Shown: one piece after another, positions 1 through 13,603 of the stretch
Position numbering within the stretch: the stretch's first letter is position 1
Layout: the number at the start of each line of letters is the position of its first letter
NCBI RefSeq assembly: GCF_036971445.1
Contig: NC_091480.1
Location: 77,252,001-77,316,000 of the forward strand
DNA: 64,000 nt
Source: Narcine bancroftii
Taxonomy: Eukaryota
Reading direction: 5' to 3'
Program-made: the position numbers and the translations under genes
Notes under the pieces: model-generated
Database searches by the model: none
The model's input: only the letters and a program-made list of their open reading frames with translations
Told to the model about the DNA's origin: nothing

Positions 1-1689
1 AAATCGAATAAGCAGGTTCTTGACTCCGACCATGCTTTTAATAGCTGTGGGTGGACTATAGAGAAAGGTAATTTCTAGAGCACGATTACACGTCACCATT
101 GCAAGAAAAATTACGTCATTTAGAAAATATGGGATTATGATGTTAGAGCGGCAAATACCCAGTAATGGGGCCACGTCTCCGCAAAAGAGGGCGATAGCTT
201 TACAGCGAAAGGGTCAAAATAACACGGCAGCTTTATATGTCAGAGAATCTTGAGCAGACCAATTATTGGTGGAGGAACTCAGTAGGTCAGCAAGCATCCA
301 TGGTCAAAAATGTCAGTCAACGTTTCAGGTCTGTGAAGTTACTAATAAGTGGCCGAAATGACTATTCTGTGCAGGGCTAAGATGCGGGTTCGGGAGGGGA
401 GACAGCGGACAATAAAACAAGCGAGAGCGGAGATGATTTCTGGATTCTCTGGACATATTGCACTAACTGCAAATGTGAATACTTATTTATATTTATGCTC
501 TCTTTTTGTCTGGTACTCGTTATGGTAAATTTATTTCTACTGTTGTAGTTGATTTAACTTGGGTGAGGGGTGTGGGGGTTGGGTTGGAGTGGCGATTGGG
601 GCGAGCAAATTGGGAGTTGAGGGAAGGATAACCACCCACCGCGCTCAAGAAGGGAACCAGTGCTGGGATTTGCTGGGTAGATTGAGGGAGGGGCAAGGGT
701 GGAGATTGCTCGCCACATGGGAACCGAACTCGCCGACGGCGATTGAACCCTTTGTCAAGATAGTATTTTATTGCCAACACACACCACATTTTCCTCGACC
801 ATTGGCACAATTTCACAAATCAGCACAATGTTTAAGTTTCTAAGCACGGCGTCAAAAGCCGTTTTTCTTATGTTTCTGGACTTCCTATAGATTAGGTTCA
901 GAAAAATCTCTTCGAGGGACCTGATATCACTCCTGATAGGACAAAGCTCGAGGAAATCGGGATATTTTCAGCTCGTCGCGTTTCTATGAGTGGCGTGCTG
1001 TTCCATGTTTTAACGTTACAGTAATGTGGTGAGAGCGGATAACTGAGAGTGACTCTGCCATCATCCACACAAAGCGAATGCACTGTTGAAACGCGGACTA
1101 ATCAGATGGAGGGGGGCGGATCTGCCTGATCTGCGGATCTGCAAGAGAGATAGCGAGAGAGAGAGAGAGAGAGAGAGAGAAAGCATTGTATAACACCAGG
1201 CACTGGGGGGGGGGGGGGGGGGGGGAAGCTGACAGACACCAGATCAACTGGAAACAATGAGCGGGAAATGTAAATGCTTTAGACGGACTGAAAACAATAA
1301 GAAAATGGAATGAATGAAGCTTTAAATGTCGTTTCAACAATGGAGGAATTTGCCTATTCGTGGGGCACTTGGGGTCACGAATAAAATCCCCCAGTGAGAG
1401 GCGTACGTCGTTACTGACATCCCTTCCACAGAATAAAGAAATAGTTTTTTTTAACCCTAACCTCCAGCATTCCCCTATTAATTAACTCCGGGATCCAGCG
1501 GTTCCTTGAAGATGGGGGAACGACTATTCGCGAGCTCGTTGAGAAATAAATAACCCCTTTGTCATTGCTTAGAAGATTATATTGGGAGGAGTGTGTGTGT
1601 GTGTGTGTGTGGATGTGTGTGTTTCCCTGTACTGCCTTTTTGAATAGAGTTAAGATTTATTTTTGAATAATAGGGGAATGAAGGGTGAT

Positions 1690-1812
1690 GGGGAAGAGGA
1701 GGGTACGTGGCGGTGAGTCCTCAGCCAGATCAGCCATGATGTTATTGAATGGTGGAGCAGGCTCGATGGGCCAGACAGTGAACTCCTGCTTCTAAAGATC
1801 ATGTTCTCATAT
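1690..1812 (+). mobile_element. CR1-type LINE/SINE 3' tail fragment
   Basis: gatcagccatgat...gaatggtggagcaggctcgatgggcc...ctcctgct resembles the elasmobranch CR1 3' end. Confidence 0.65.
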
Positions 1813-3261
1813 GTGTGTGCACGTTGAGAGTGGGAATCCACATTTAAGTTATGGAAGCGCCAATTAAAACAGGGCGGGGCTTTGGAATGGGGAGTATCCT
1901 AAACTGGATAAGAGAAGCTCAAAAACCCCAGAAAAAGCGGAACAAAAGTCATTTGAGAGCTGCTGGGAAATTATCTGAAATCTATTAAAAGAGGTTTATT
2001 TTTATTCCCCTTTATAAGACCTTCGAGGCGCCCGACCTCCCAACTCTCTGGAATCCAGCGCCCATAAGAGTGCAGTTTTGAATTCCTTGTGGACCTTGGG
2101 AAGAAAGGCCATCGGAATGTGGCGCCTGTGAAGAAACCTTGCCACGTGCTGTTGGAAAATCCCAGCGACTTGCCAGTCCACGGGCTTAATGCGCACTCTA
2201 TTGATCCGTGCGAACTAGCCAAATGGCATTTAATGCACCTGTAATAAAATCAAAGGAGATATTAATGTAAAATAAATAGAACACGTGAAGGGAAAAAGAA
2301 AATCATTAACTTCCATTCTAATTCCCAAGCCACACTCCATGTGGCCATGATTGCACCGCGACTGGTGGACCAAGTCGGGTTTAAAAACCCGCACAATATT
2401 GGCTCCTTTTGTTTTCAGCCACATCATGACTTTGTTCGACATTGAAGAGAAAATGGCGGAACCGCTGTAAAAATTCACCTCCCCTTTCCAACTGAAATAA
2501 ACGTTCCCGCATTCAGCGGCGTGACCTCGGGTTTCAGGGAAGTCGCGACGTGGCTGCAAGGTTGCATTTTAAAATTCTATCCTGCCGGCTGCTTTCAAAC
2601 ACGTCAAACGCTTTCCTTTAAATCTATCCGCTCCGCGCCGAGAAAGAAATCTTACAAATGACAGTGATTTGAATGCCCAGAGTTTCTCCCCTCCTACCAA
2701 TTCTGGACATTTTCAGGAACATTTCTTGTCGTTAACGGGCATGAATCAGTCACGCTGATCGACCTCGCTTCATTACACAATTAAAACATCGCTCCCTTCA
2801 TATAGTCCCTCACTGCGAACTGTATTCCCGCAATCCAGCCTGGAAGAGGTGACAATTTCCGTCCATGCATCTTTCCCACCAAAGGAGTTAGATCACTCCC
2901 GTCAGCCTCAAGAGCATTCGCCCTCTCGATGGACCCGACATCTGGTCACGAGGTTCCATGCAACTCGTTGGAAATTCAGTGTGGAAACACGCCGAAAGTC
3001 TGAAGTCCAAGACTAGAAACGCAAAGTTACATCTTCATTCAAGGACGTTAGTGAAATTGCATTGCAAGTGTCAGGCAAACTCCCAATTAATTTGCCTCAT
3101 TTGCACCTTTCCTCTCCCGTTCTTACATTGATTCTCCTGCGGTACTTTAGAGGGATGGTGGTGGTAAGCTTCGAACGGTTGGGGTCGTGGTAGAGGATTG
3201 CAACTGGATTGACGGAAGTCTGACGAGGAGATGGTCGAGCGACCACCATGATGTGGGAGTA

Positions 3262-3526
3262 TGAGAATTGGATTAGCCCGTAAATTTGTCAAGAATGCAC
3301 TATTTTGGCTGCGACTTTTACCAGTTAAGTGTTTGCCAATTATAGATATAGTCAATTAATTGTCCAAATGTGTTGTTGTCATGGATTTTATGATTCATAT
3401 ATCCCATGCTACGAACATATTTGCAAAATTAATCGACTGTCCCTATAATTAGTCAGCACTTAACTGGTAAAAGTCGCAGGCAAGATAGTGCATTCTTGAT
3501 GAATTTACGGGCGAATCCAACTCTCA
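3262..3526. repeat. Long imperfect inverted repeat (~125-bp arms)
   Basis: 3262-3385 matches the reverse complement of 3401-3526, with a core match gcgacttttaccagttaagtg / cacttaactggtaaaagtcgc. Confidence 0.85.
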
Positions 3527-6500
3527 CCAATATTAAGGGAGTCGGGAGATCCTTGTCCGATTTTCGTTGACGCAAGCACCCCAAAAGTTGGAAACTCGCC
3601 ATTCCCTCAACGCCCCAGAAGAAGCAAGTGAACTGAAAAGAGAACAATATATAAATAAATACTCGGAAAAATACAGGAAGAGTTAGATCCAGAATTAATC
3701 ACCGGGGAGAAATGGTCGACTCGAACCGTTTCCTGACCATATCTACCCATTGATGCTATTCGGCCTGCGGAGCTCCCCAGCAATTCATTGTTTGCAGCTT
3801 TTGTGTTCGCAAAATGTTTTTTTTTTAAATACAACAAGGAAAGAGGTGCAGCGGGTACATAAAGAGTAGAAAATTCGAATTAGAATTTTGGGGGAATTGA
3901 AAAAAGGGATTGGAGAGAAAAGCAACTGCGAGTTGTTTAATTCCAATATTGGAGATTATATGGTGGAGAGCACTGACTAAACGTGGTTCGGAGAACAAGA
4001 GGATGTTGGATGATTCGTGAGCCCCTGGGTGCGTGATTCTGACTGAGAATGTGGACCTTCCCTTTCTCGCAAGTTCCTCCTGACAGCTGCCAGGAGTAGC
4101 GCGGGACGCGTCCTCGCACCGCCAGGTCAACCACGGAACCCACCGCCTGGTAAAGATTTCAAACCCACGGAGCATGCGCTTACTGTTGCTGTTCTACACT
4201 CATGCTCGCCTGCCGAAAACATCGACGGCCACCACACTCCTCCTGCAAGAACGAGCAAGCGCTTGGCTTGGGCCCACGGACGAGCAGAAACATCTTGCAA
4301 CCAATTGGAAGCGCAGTTGCATTTGTAAGCTGTTCCACGTTAAAAAGAGCCACGTGAAGAAGACGAGATGGATGATTAGATGGTCCATTTTTTAGTGAGA
4401 GCAGTTCACCTGTAAATGTTGACCTGGGCTTGCTCCAAGTTTAATGGCTGCTGACCAAGAATTGTTAGTTTAGCGCGGGATGTTTGCAAAATCTCACCCA
4501 CTAACTCGTTCTACCAGTAGAAACGCAGAGACCTCAAATTAATAAACATAAATATTCGACGTGGACACGAAGCGAAAGAGGCAGAACTGAAATTAGACGT
4601 ACTAGTTCCCCTTTATGCCTTCTGGGCGGCCCATGAGAGGTCGTGCCACCCTCTGTGGTCTTAGTGAATCTCTTGGCGTCTTCACCGTAGAATCTCACAC
4701 TCCTTCATTCTGAAACAGTCAGGTTTGGCTGTCACCAAACAAAATTTTGCCTTTAAAGTGCAATATCTCATTTCCAACTGTTTGAAGACTGGGGTCTAAT
4801 CCTATCTCAGCGTTTTGAAGTATTCTACACCATGTTAAAGACAGCGGTTATTAAAAAAAACACGCCTTGAAAAAGTCTGACTTTTCAATAGTGCCTTTCA
4901 AAAAACCCTAGAGGCATATTTGGTGATCATTTTGTAGATTGTAAATAAAACCCGAGACACAAAATAAACACAAGCAGGCCCTCACGAGAGAAAAAAGTCA
5001 TGTGATAATCTATTTCTGTTTCTCTTGAAGCGTGTGTTGATCGGGATACGTGGGGGAGGACCCCCGATTCTTTTCTAAAGTTACATTATGAAATCGTTTG
5101 CATTCGCGCCTCGCCCCGGAAGACCGCGACCCAGGCCGGCGTGCGGGAACTCGGAGTGAGGAGCAGCCACAGAGACCAACGCGGGGACTGCACAGGGCCA
5201 GTATCTAAACACGAAAGGTGCTGTGTGCCTCCGAGGTGGGGAAAGTCGGGGCAGCCCCAACATAGCAGCTCCCCAATCTGCGACTCGACCATCCACTCCC
5301 AGAATTTTCCTCTTAATTTCTTGTTTCGCGATTCCATGTATGGCTTTTATCTGAGCCACATTATATCTCAATGATGTGGCAAAGAATTTGGAACACAGAT
5401 AGAACAACCCCTTCGGCACACAATGTCTGTGTTGAACACGATGGCAAAATTCTCTACTCCTTGCACACGATACATATCCCTCTATTTCTTTCACAATCGT
5501 GTCTATCTGGAAGCCAGATTTATAAATCAAGGATGAAAGTGATCCCGGAGTAAAGGGCCACATGCAGCAATAATCGAGATCAATTGCAACCGGGAAAGAT
5601 AATAATGCTTTTATTTTTTTCATCGAATCGGTTTAATCTGATCCAGGACAGTTGCTTCTGAACTATTTCTTGAGAATTTTGATCCGCCTCGATTTTAAAG
5701 GTCATAAAAAAAGATAGTTCAATCAGGGTTCACTCGGTCCTCCTTGTGTGAAGTGGGCGTGTGCTATCTAATCTAAACTGATCCTAATCAGAATTCCGAC
5801 CCAGTTTTACGGGGTAAAAATATTCCTAAAGGCTTTTAGACTGAATCAGGGCCCGTGTGAAGTGTAGAACATTCACGAATTCACCGTTTCGCACCTTATT
5901 AAATAACAAGTCCCATCCCGTCAGAATCGTTGGGCTAGAAAAGCCCCCAGTTTAACCATCGTTCACGTGAGTTCATTGTGGAGTAATCTATTCCGTCCAA
6001 TTTCCCCGCTTCTATGACCTTGGTCCTGCAAATTATATTCCCTGACCGTTTTCCCTTTTGTGTGGCTCGGCTGGTTATGTTTCCACCGCCCTGCAGTCAG
6101 CTGTACTCTGGGGGGAAAAAATGTTTTCTCTCAAACAATCCCTCCACCCCCTGTCTCTTTCGTCCAACGATAATGTACAGCCCTCGAGTTATTTTCTTCG
6201 TTCGCTGTGCAAGAGGGACATTTGCTCCGGGAAGCAGAAGAGATCGGAGATGGTGGACTTTGGAGAGAAAAAATACACACACACACAGGCACCGCTGGGG
6301 GAATTCAGCGGGTCGAACAGCGTCTGTTGGGAAATAGGCGCCTGTTGGGAAAGGAATAAGGGGAGACGTTTCGGTTCGAGATCCTGTTTCTGTCCTCAGA
6401 ATTTCAATTGCCGCCCATTTGTAAAATCGCGCTAACCTCAGCTCTCCCTTCGGCGTGAACAACCCCACTCTCTCTGACGAAACTCGTGTCAATGAGCGCT

Positions 6501-7779
6501 TCCAAGAGAAGTGCGTGATTTCCAAATGTAACAAACTGATGTAACGATGGAGTAGAAAATCGAACCACTTCGTGGGAATCGATCCGAGGATTTTCAGGGT
6601 GGGTCAATTCGCCGCATCTTACACACACTTCATTTCGTGCTTGTTTCCGACCCTGGGTACTCATTTCCCTTTGAAACATTTACTTCTGTTCCCGTTCCTT
6701 GTGCTATGAAATCCACCTTCTCCACGCACCATATTGTGTATACAATAAAACATGCTCTATGCTAACGATAGAAGCGGAAACTAACTGGTGGAGTGAAACT
6801 CACAGCCACCGCCTGATAAACACCCGTTTCCCTTGAATCAAACAGGTAGACCAACGATTGAAACTTAAATGAGATCATATTGATCCTTGATCGGGATCGA
6901 AGGCCAAAGAGTAGCCGCCAGCCAACGGCGATCGGTGAGTTCTGTAGCGGACCCGGTTGTATTTCTAAAGTGTCGAGAAAGTCCGGGTTGTGATTTGAAA
7001 TGGGGCGCACGCAAAAACAAAACAAATATTCACGGGGAAGCTCGAACGTGAAAGAGCTCCTCCGATGAATAAGGAGTGGAATGAATTCAGGAGTGCAGGG
7101 ATATTAACAGTTCCATGTGCTTGGTGTTGCCGTATGTAGCCACCACATACAGTCCACCCTGCTGTTCCTTTACCCGGTGGAGAGAATTATTTCCACACGA
7201 ATAGGTTAACAGAAACCATGCCCCGGTTCAAACACCTAACTATTGATCGAGGAGTTCCCAAACCACTTGTAATCGGGGGTGGAAGACGATAAAAGGGAAA
7301 CATTACCCTTTATTTTCCAACGATAGTTCATGGGGGGGCTCCATTTTATAAAATAGTATAGTTCAACATTTGTTCTTTCTACACGGGTGCCAAATCCTCC
7401 CACCGCAAACTCACCCCTCCCCCGTGCACGTATTTCCCTCTGGGCATGTGGGCTGCCTCTCGCTCCATGTCGCTTCCACTTTGAATCTCTTTATGTCTCT
7501 GCCTCTGGATTTCCGTTTTCTCACTTACTGTTCCCGTGACCCTCGATGTGTGTGTGTGTGTGTGTGTCCATGTCTAGGCACCCGTGTGCCTTGAACTCCC
7601 TTCCCTGTCTACGCTTGTCTCTCCCTCTGTCTTTCTTTCTCACCCCCATATTTGCCTGTCATTATATATCTGCCCATGTGTGTGTGTGTGTGTGTGACTG
7701 TCTCTCTCTCTCTCTCTCTCTCCCTGTCTTTCTTCTCTCAGTCAGTATTTCTGCCTCTGGACACCCTGAAGGAATGAAC

Positions 7780-8800
7780 CCACGTGACTAAACGGGGCGG
7801 TCGATCAGGAGCTGAAAAAAAAAGCCATTTTGTTCGAGGAGCCTGTAGTAACAGCTCCAGCCAAACACTCTTTCTTCGCTCTGCGCCTGGCACCAGAGAC
7901 GGCGGCCGCTCCACCCGCAGGTAGGGACCGCTTTAAAAGATCTCCCGCTTGCCCACCGGCCCGGGAGACTGGGCGAACCGTGCAGCAGATGTCTTTACTT
8001 GAACGAAATGAGTGGTGCGGGATCGCTTGACATCGTATCGCTGTTTCCATTTCAAGATGGCCGCTTGCCTTGAATTCAATTCTACCGATCTGTTACTTTT
8101 CATTGTGTTTCTCCTGTTTGTCCCCGGTGCTTGTTCTCACTGTGGCCGCTCGAACGGACCCGAGACCTCCTCTTCGCCACCCAGTCCGGTCCATCGGCCG
8201 GCGTTCCGTGCTCTTATTTGTTGAAGAATTGCAGGTCTCTGCTTAGTAGAGGCTCCTAGCTGCTCGATCTCCCCCTCTCTCTCTCTCTCTCCCTCCCCTC
8301 CTTTAACGTCGGTGAGTTTAGTGAAACCGAGCCACTTTCTTCTTTGACGTCTCACACAACATCAGTTGGAAATCGCTGCTTTTTCCAAGCCGAGCCGAGC
8401 TCGTCCGCCGCGGACGCAAAGGTCACATACTTGGCTTCTGATCGCTCTGACTTTGAGCTCCGGTTTACTGGACCGTGGACCGGGAGAGCGTTCCAAAGAC
8501 CGGTCGGCTCCTCTCCGCAGTCCTCGTGCGCAGAGAAAAAGCCTGGCCGTCCCCAAAGCTGGCACGATTTAAAACTTTATCCTGGGTGCCACCGGCCCTA
8601 TTTTATAGAATCCAATTCTACAGTCTGTGACGATTGTCAGCGCCGGTGTTGGGGAGCGATCCGATCGAGTCCGGCGCTTTTACGAACTTATTTCGCCCTC
8701 GTCCTTTTTTGCCAACGTCAGTAGCCGGTGTGAATCTCCGGCCTTTCCGAAAGCTCTGTTCCCTGAACTCGAGCCGGGTCAGGGAGAAGGACGCTCTGAC
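7780..8800 (+). promoter_or_regulatory. CpG-island promoter and probable non-coding first exon of PCGF2
   Basis: Dense CpG, GC box ggggcgg at ~7794, E-box cacgtg at ~7780, YY1-type motifs gccattttg (~7824) and caagatggccgc (~8053), candidate donor cg|gtgagt at 8312; coding exon 1 has its own acceptor, so an upstream exon must exist. Confidence 0.6.
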
Positions 8801-11800
8801 ACCACGTTCACTATTTTTATTTGTCGGTGAGAATGGGTCGGAACAATGTTAATTGATGACCAGAACTAGAAGCCCCGTGTCCTAATTCAAGTGGCGGTAC
8901 CTCTGACGACTGAGAACGAAACTGTACTGAAACGCGTTTTTATTTTGGGCACGTGCTCTGTGTTTAGAACTGGAGGTGAAAGTTTTTCTCTCTTGATGTT
9001 TGGACAACTTTGCCTTTTTCAATTGTCATTTTAAACTTATGGGTTGTAGCAAATGATATTATCGACATGAAAACAGATAGCTGGAAATAAGGATGTCTTT
9101 CACTCAGCAGTTTGCGTGAAACAAGTTAGTCTCGTGCCTTTTCTACACTTACCGGGCATAATAACTAATATCATTTCAGAGTTTATTTCAATGTTAAATT
9201 CACTCTCGCCTGGTTTTGGTCGTGACGCTAGAATTTGTAACAGTAGATAAAAAGCGGTGTACCGTGACTGCGGGAATTGTTTTATGTTTTCGCAACGGGA
9301 ATATTCGTCTTTCTGGGAGTGTGGCTATCATGTTGGCTATTCGCGCACCGAGCGGTTTTAAATTTAAAAAAAAACCAATGTATGGGAGAGAAAGAGGTAG
9401 CGAGAGAGAGGGGGTGGGGGAACAGGACGGCAGAGGTTAAGCTTAAAATAAAGCTTCAGTATGTGTTTATGCCGTGTTCATGTCGGGCTACTGGAAGAGT
9501 GATAGTTTCTTTGCAAACAACACACGGATCTCTGTTGGCGCAACTACATCGAATCGGGCCAGAAATGCGAGAACTGCTCTTTTTGGCATTTAAATATACA
9601 TGACGAGATCGAGAGGCGCTTCACAACCCCGCGACTGGAGAATTACACGCGAACCCGCCGGCCGCAGGTGGAAAATGACCGGGACGGTTGCGGGCTTCTT
9701 GAGCCGATTCTGTGCTGTATCAGGTGCACGGTGAAAAGCGCTCCGGTTCCTCTGCTTCGTCCCTTCAGTTTCCCCCATCTACCCCCCCCCCCCGCCCACA
9801 CACACCAACAAGACAGAGATGATGTGTTCAGCAACGATTTAGCGGTGTGTACGTGGTTCAGACGAACTTACTGCCTGTTTACTATACAATTGCTCCAGCG
9901 ACTCCGTCAGACTTTTTCTGAAACCCATGTGATTTAACACTTTAAAAAAACAGTAAAAATCTCGATCCAGTCTTCTTTCCGAATCACGTGTACAGTGTAT
10001 CCGGCTCCCAGCTATTTCTCTCTCTCCATTGATACAACCGTAATTAACCGATGTTTTCAGCGACCACCCTTCAGGTGAGAGACGCCCTTCCTTCGGCCGA
10101 GGCCCCCTTAACAATTAAAGGCAAAACTGAATGGGAAGTAAAACACACAGAAAGTGAATAGGAACACGAAGACAGATTTAGAAGTACAGTTCACAACTTT
10201 CAGAGGATGAACGGAGTCCAAAAGTATCTATCTGCCTGTTAAAGTTATAACCCCTGACAATATCTTGTCTGTAACTACAATGTTCCCGATTATTATAAAT
10301 TCCGCGGCACACCTATGTCAGACACCTTGGTTTGCAACGACGCACATTGCCGATAATGCAGCCCCACACTTCTGAACGTGGCCCCATGTCTGTCAGAGCC
10401 AACTCTGAAAGTTGGCTTTCTTTAGAAGACAGCCACTTTGTCCTTTTGCCCACTGTTTCATTCCCTTCATTATTAATAATCATCTCTTGTAAGTTCCATC
10501 AATGACAAGACTGGAGTTGGAATGAAAATGAGTTAGATTCGATTGGGTTTTACTTATCGGAATTAAATCACACGTTTGCCTGTCAAAAGGAAACTAACTC
10601 CATTGTGGCACATTCGGCAGCCCGTACAAGTGCAACAGAAATGTTCTGCCTCAGCTTAGTTCAGAGGACAGAATCGGGCCTTACGTAAAACCCTTGTTTT
10701 TAACAGTAATCTCTGCATTTAAGCCCTTTTCAGTGTAAACTGCAAACATAAAGTAGAAATCACAGTACTAATAATTGTGCATCTTTATGTAAAATCTAGA
10801 AAATATATATTTATCACTCTCTCTCTTTTATAAATATATACCGTTTTCATATACACGTGTGTGTGTGTAACATTATCTCAATAGTAGTTTGGCAACAATT
10901 CGATTGATGTTTGTGAAATTTTCTTGAAAGTGACCATGTGAAGTAGCTTTAATTTACTGGAGTTCCCACCCCCATCCCATCAAGCGCGCCCTGGTTGAAA
11001 ACTGGGTTGCCCTTGCAAGTTCACGGGTCATAGGGGACCAGGAATGGGACGTGGGGGAATCCCCGAATCTCCTTTGAAAACAAGAGACCAAGCCTGAACA
11101 GCTATAGCTCCTGTGGGAGCCATCAGAAGTGTTATTAATTTAAAACCTCACAGTTACCTCCAGTAGACATCCTTAATATTGACCAACAATTGAGTTCCTT
11201 TAAGACTACTATTTATGCAATAAATCCTTTGGACAAGACAAGCTGCTTAGGATCCTCCAATCCGCTTACACTAAACTCCAAGCCAATGTCCTCCTCTCTG
11301 TCACAAGGCTCACATTGTTTACTTGGAAGAACTGGAGAGGCGCAGAACTGAGCTCTGACCTTGCACATTTTTATTCTGATGCGATAAGAATAATCATTGA
11401 CTTATACATTTTTAAAAACAAAATGATTAGGTAATCGGCTTCCTTATCTATTGAGCAACACAATTGCATAGAAAAATCAGTCTGTGGTGTTAAAGGCGTA
11501 AGTTGTGAAGCCCTCTCAGTTCGCGATGACATTGCTACTGCTTTACTGATGTGTGTGAAGGAACCATTGAGTTTCCTCAAATACTCGAAGAAGTCACGTT
11601 GATAGAAAAGACGAGGACCAATGTTTACAACAGCCAATCCTGTTCTACCAATCCCGCACCTCAAGCAAAATCTTTGCATGGTGCTCGGCATCTTTTTGTT
11701 ACACGAACGCCTTCGCGTCCACTGCGATTAATGGCCAAGGAATGTCAGCCGATTCTTTGGCGATTGTTGTGCTTTTGGTGGACGGCGCGGGCGGGAAATC

Positions 11801-12854
11801 TAATCCACCGCGAAAATTAAGTAGAGTTATGTTGACTCCGACAGAAACGGTGTGTGTGTGGGTGGTGGGGGGGGGGGGGGGGGGGGGGGGGAGGGCGGAG
11901 AGAGTGCTGTGACCTCCAACCTTTGAGCCTTCTATCACTGGCCCGACGTGTAATAGTCAGCGACGGTTTTGGGGAGGGAACTGGGGTGGGGCAGTGGAGA
12001 GGTTGTTGGTAGAATTAATGGGGGGCTGGGGTGGCGGCCCGTGTTTTGGAGGGGCGTCACAGTTACATCTGTCAAAGCTGTACTTATTTCCTGGGCTCTC
12101 TCATTTGGTAACCATGAACTTATCCTGTCTTTAAAAGGGGAACGATACTTGTGCAGATGCTAAACCCAGAGGATTAAAAAAAAACCCTAACACTGAAGAT
12201 TTTGTCAGTTATGAACCTAAAATATCTCCGTCCCTAACCCCACCCCCATCCCGATCCCGCTGTGCCACAATTAATGTAGTTTTTAAAAAAAGTAACCATT
12301 TCCCGGGCGACATGTCCAGACTGGGATACAAACAGCCGGAGAAATTCACGAGTGGTGTCGAAGTGTGAATCCATTTATTCCAACATCAAAGTTTGATTCA
12401 GTTGTGCCCGCCTTTATAGAATGTGTCCTCCAATCGCGCTGGGGTCGGTTGGCAGGTTTATCTCAGCTGCTGTGAAAGAGAATTCGACGTCAAGTCAGTC
12501 GTGTGGAGGTCTGAGAGCGTCATCTGCAGATTTTATAGGCAGCGGCGCTTACCCCGTCAAAGTTAGAATGAACGAGTTTATTGTCAGATACTTAAGTACA
12601 ACGTACAGACTTTCATGCTGCAGTTGCCCAGTTACGTCAAACACACTACATATATTAAGATGCCACAAAGGAGATAAAAAAGATAAATCATAAACCTTCA
12701 GAGTATTTCAAACACACATATGCCTGAACAAACGCAAACAATGTCTTCTCACATTCATACACTTACGATACATACAGGCGCATAAGTTCACCTTCACGTA
12801 CATTCACAATGTGGACATTTATTATGTGCGCGCAGAAAAAAAACCCCACACACA

Positions 12855-13603
12855 TGGACACAATATAGAATATATATGAAGTCATACCGGACATAGTATA
12901 GAATATACATGAACCCATACAGGACACAATATAGAATAAATATGAACTCATACCGGACGCAGTATAGAATATATATGAACTCATACCGGACGCAGTATAG
13001 AATATATGTGAACTCATACCGGACACAGTATATAATATATATGAACTCATACTGGACATAGTATAGAATATACATGAACCCATACAGGACACAATATAGA
13101 ATAAATATGAACTCATACCGGACGCAGTATAGAATATATGTGAACTCATACCGGACGCAGTATAGAATATATGTGAACTCATACCGGACGCAGTATAGAA
13201 TATATATGAACTCATACTGGACATAGTATAGAATATACATGAACCCATACAGGACACAATATAGAATAAATATGAACTCATACCGGACGCAGTATAGAAT
13301 ATATGTGAACTCATACCGGACGCAGTATAGAATATATGTGAACTCATACCGGACGCAGTATAGAATATATATGAACTCATACCGGACACAATATAGAATA
13401 TATGTGAACTCATACCGGACGCAGTATAGAATATATGTGAACTCATACTGGACACAGTATAGAATATATATGAACTCATACTGGACACAGTATATAATAT
13501 ATATGAACTCATACTGGACACAGTACAGAATATATATGAACTCATACTGGACACAGTACAGAATATATATATATATTTATATATATGAACTCATACCAGT
13601 ATA
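12855..13603. repeat. 33-bp minisatellite, ~22 copies
   Basis: Unit gaactcataccggacgcagtatagaatatatgt; produces the repetitive pseudo-ORFs at 12763-13604. Confidence 0.95.

Noticed and set aside
1205-1226. Long G homopolymers (also ~11866-11891 and ~63496-63515) as G-quadruplex elements
   Set aside because: Simple homopolymers of unreliable length with no supporting context
5081-5623. 180-aa minus-strand ORF
   Set aside because: No recognisable homology or exon structure; plausible by chance in GC-rich sequence
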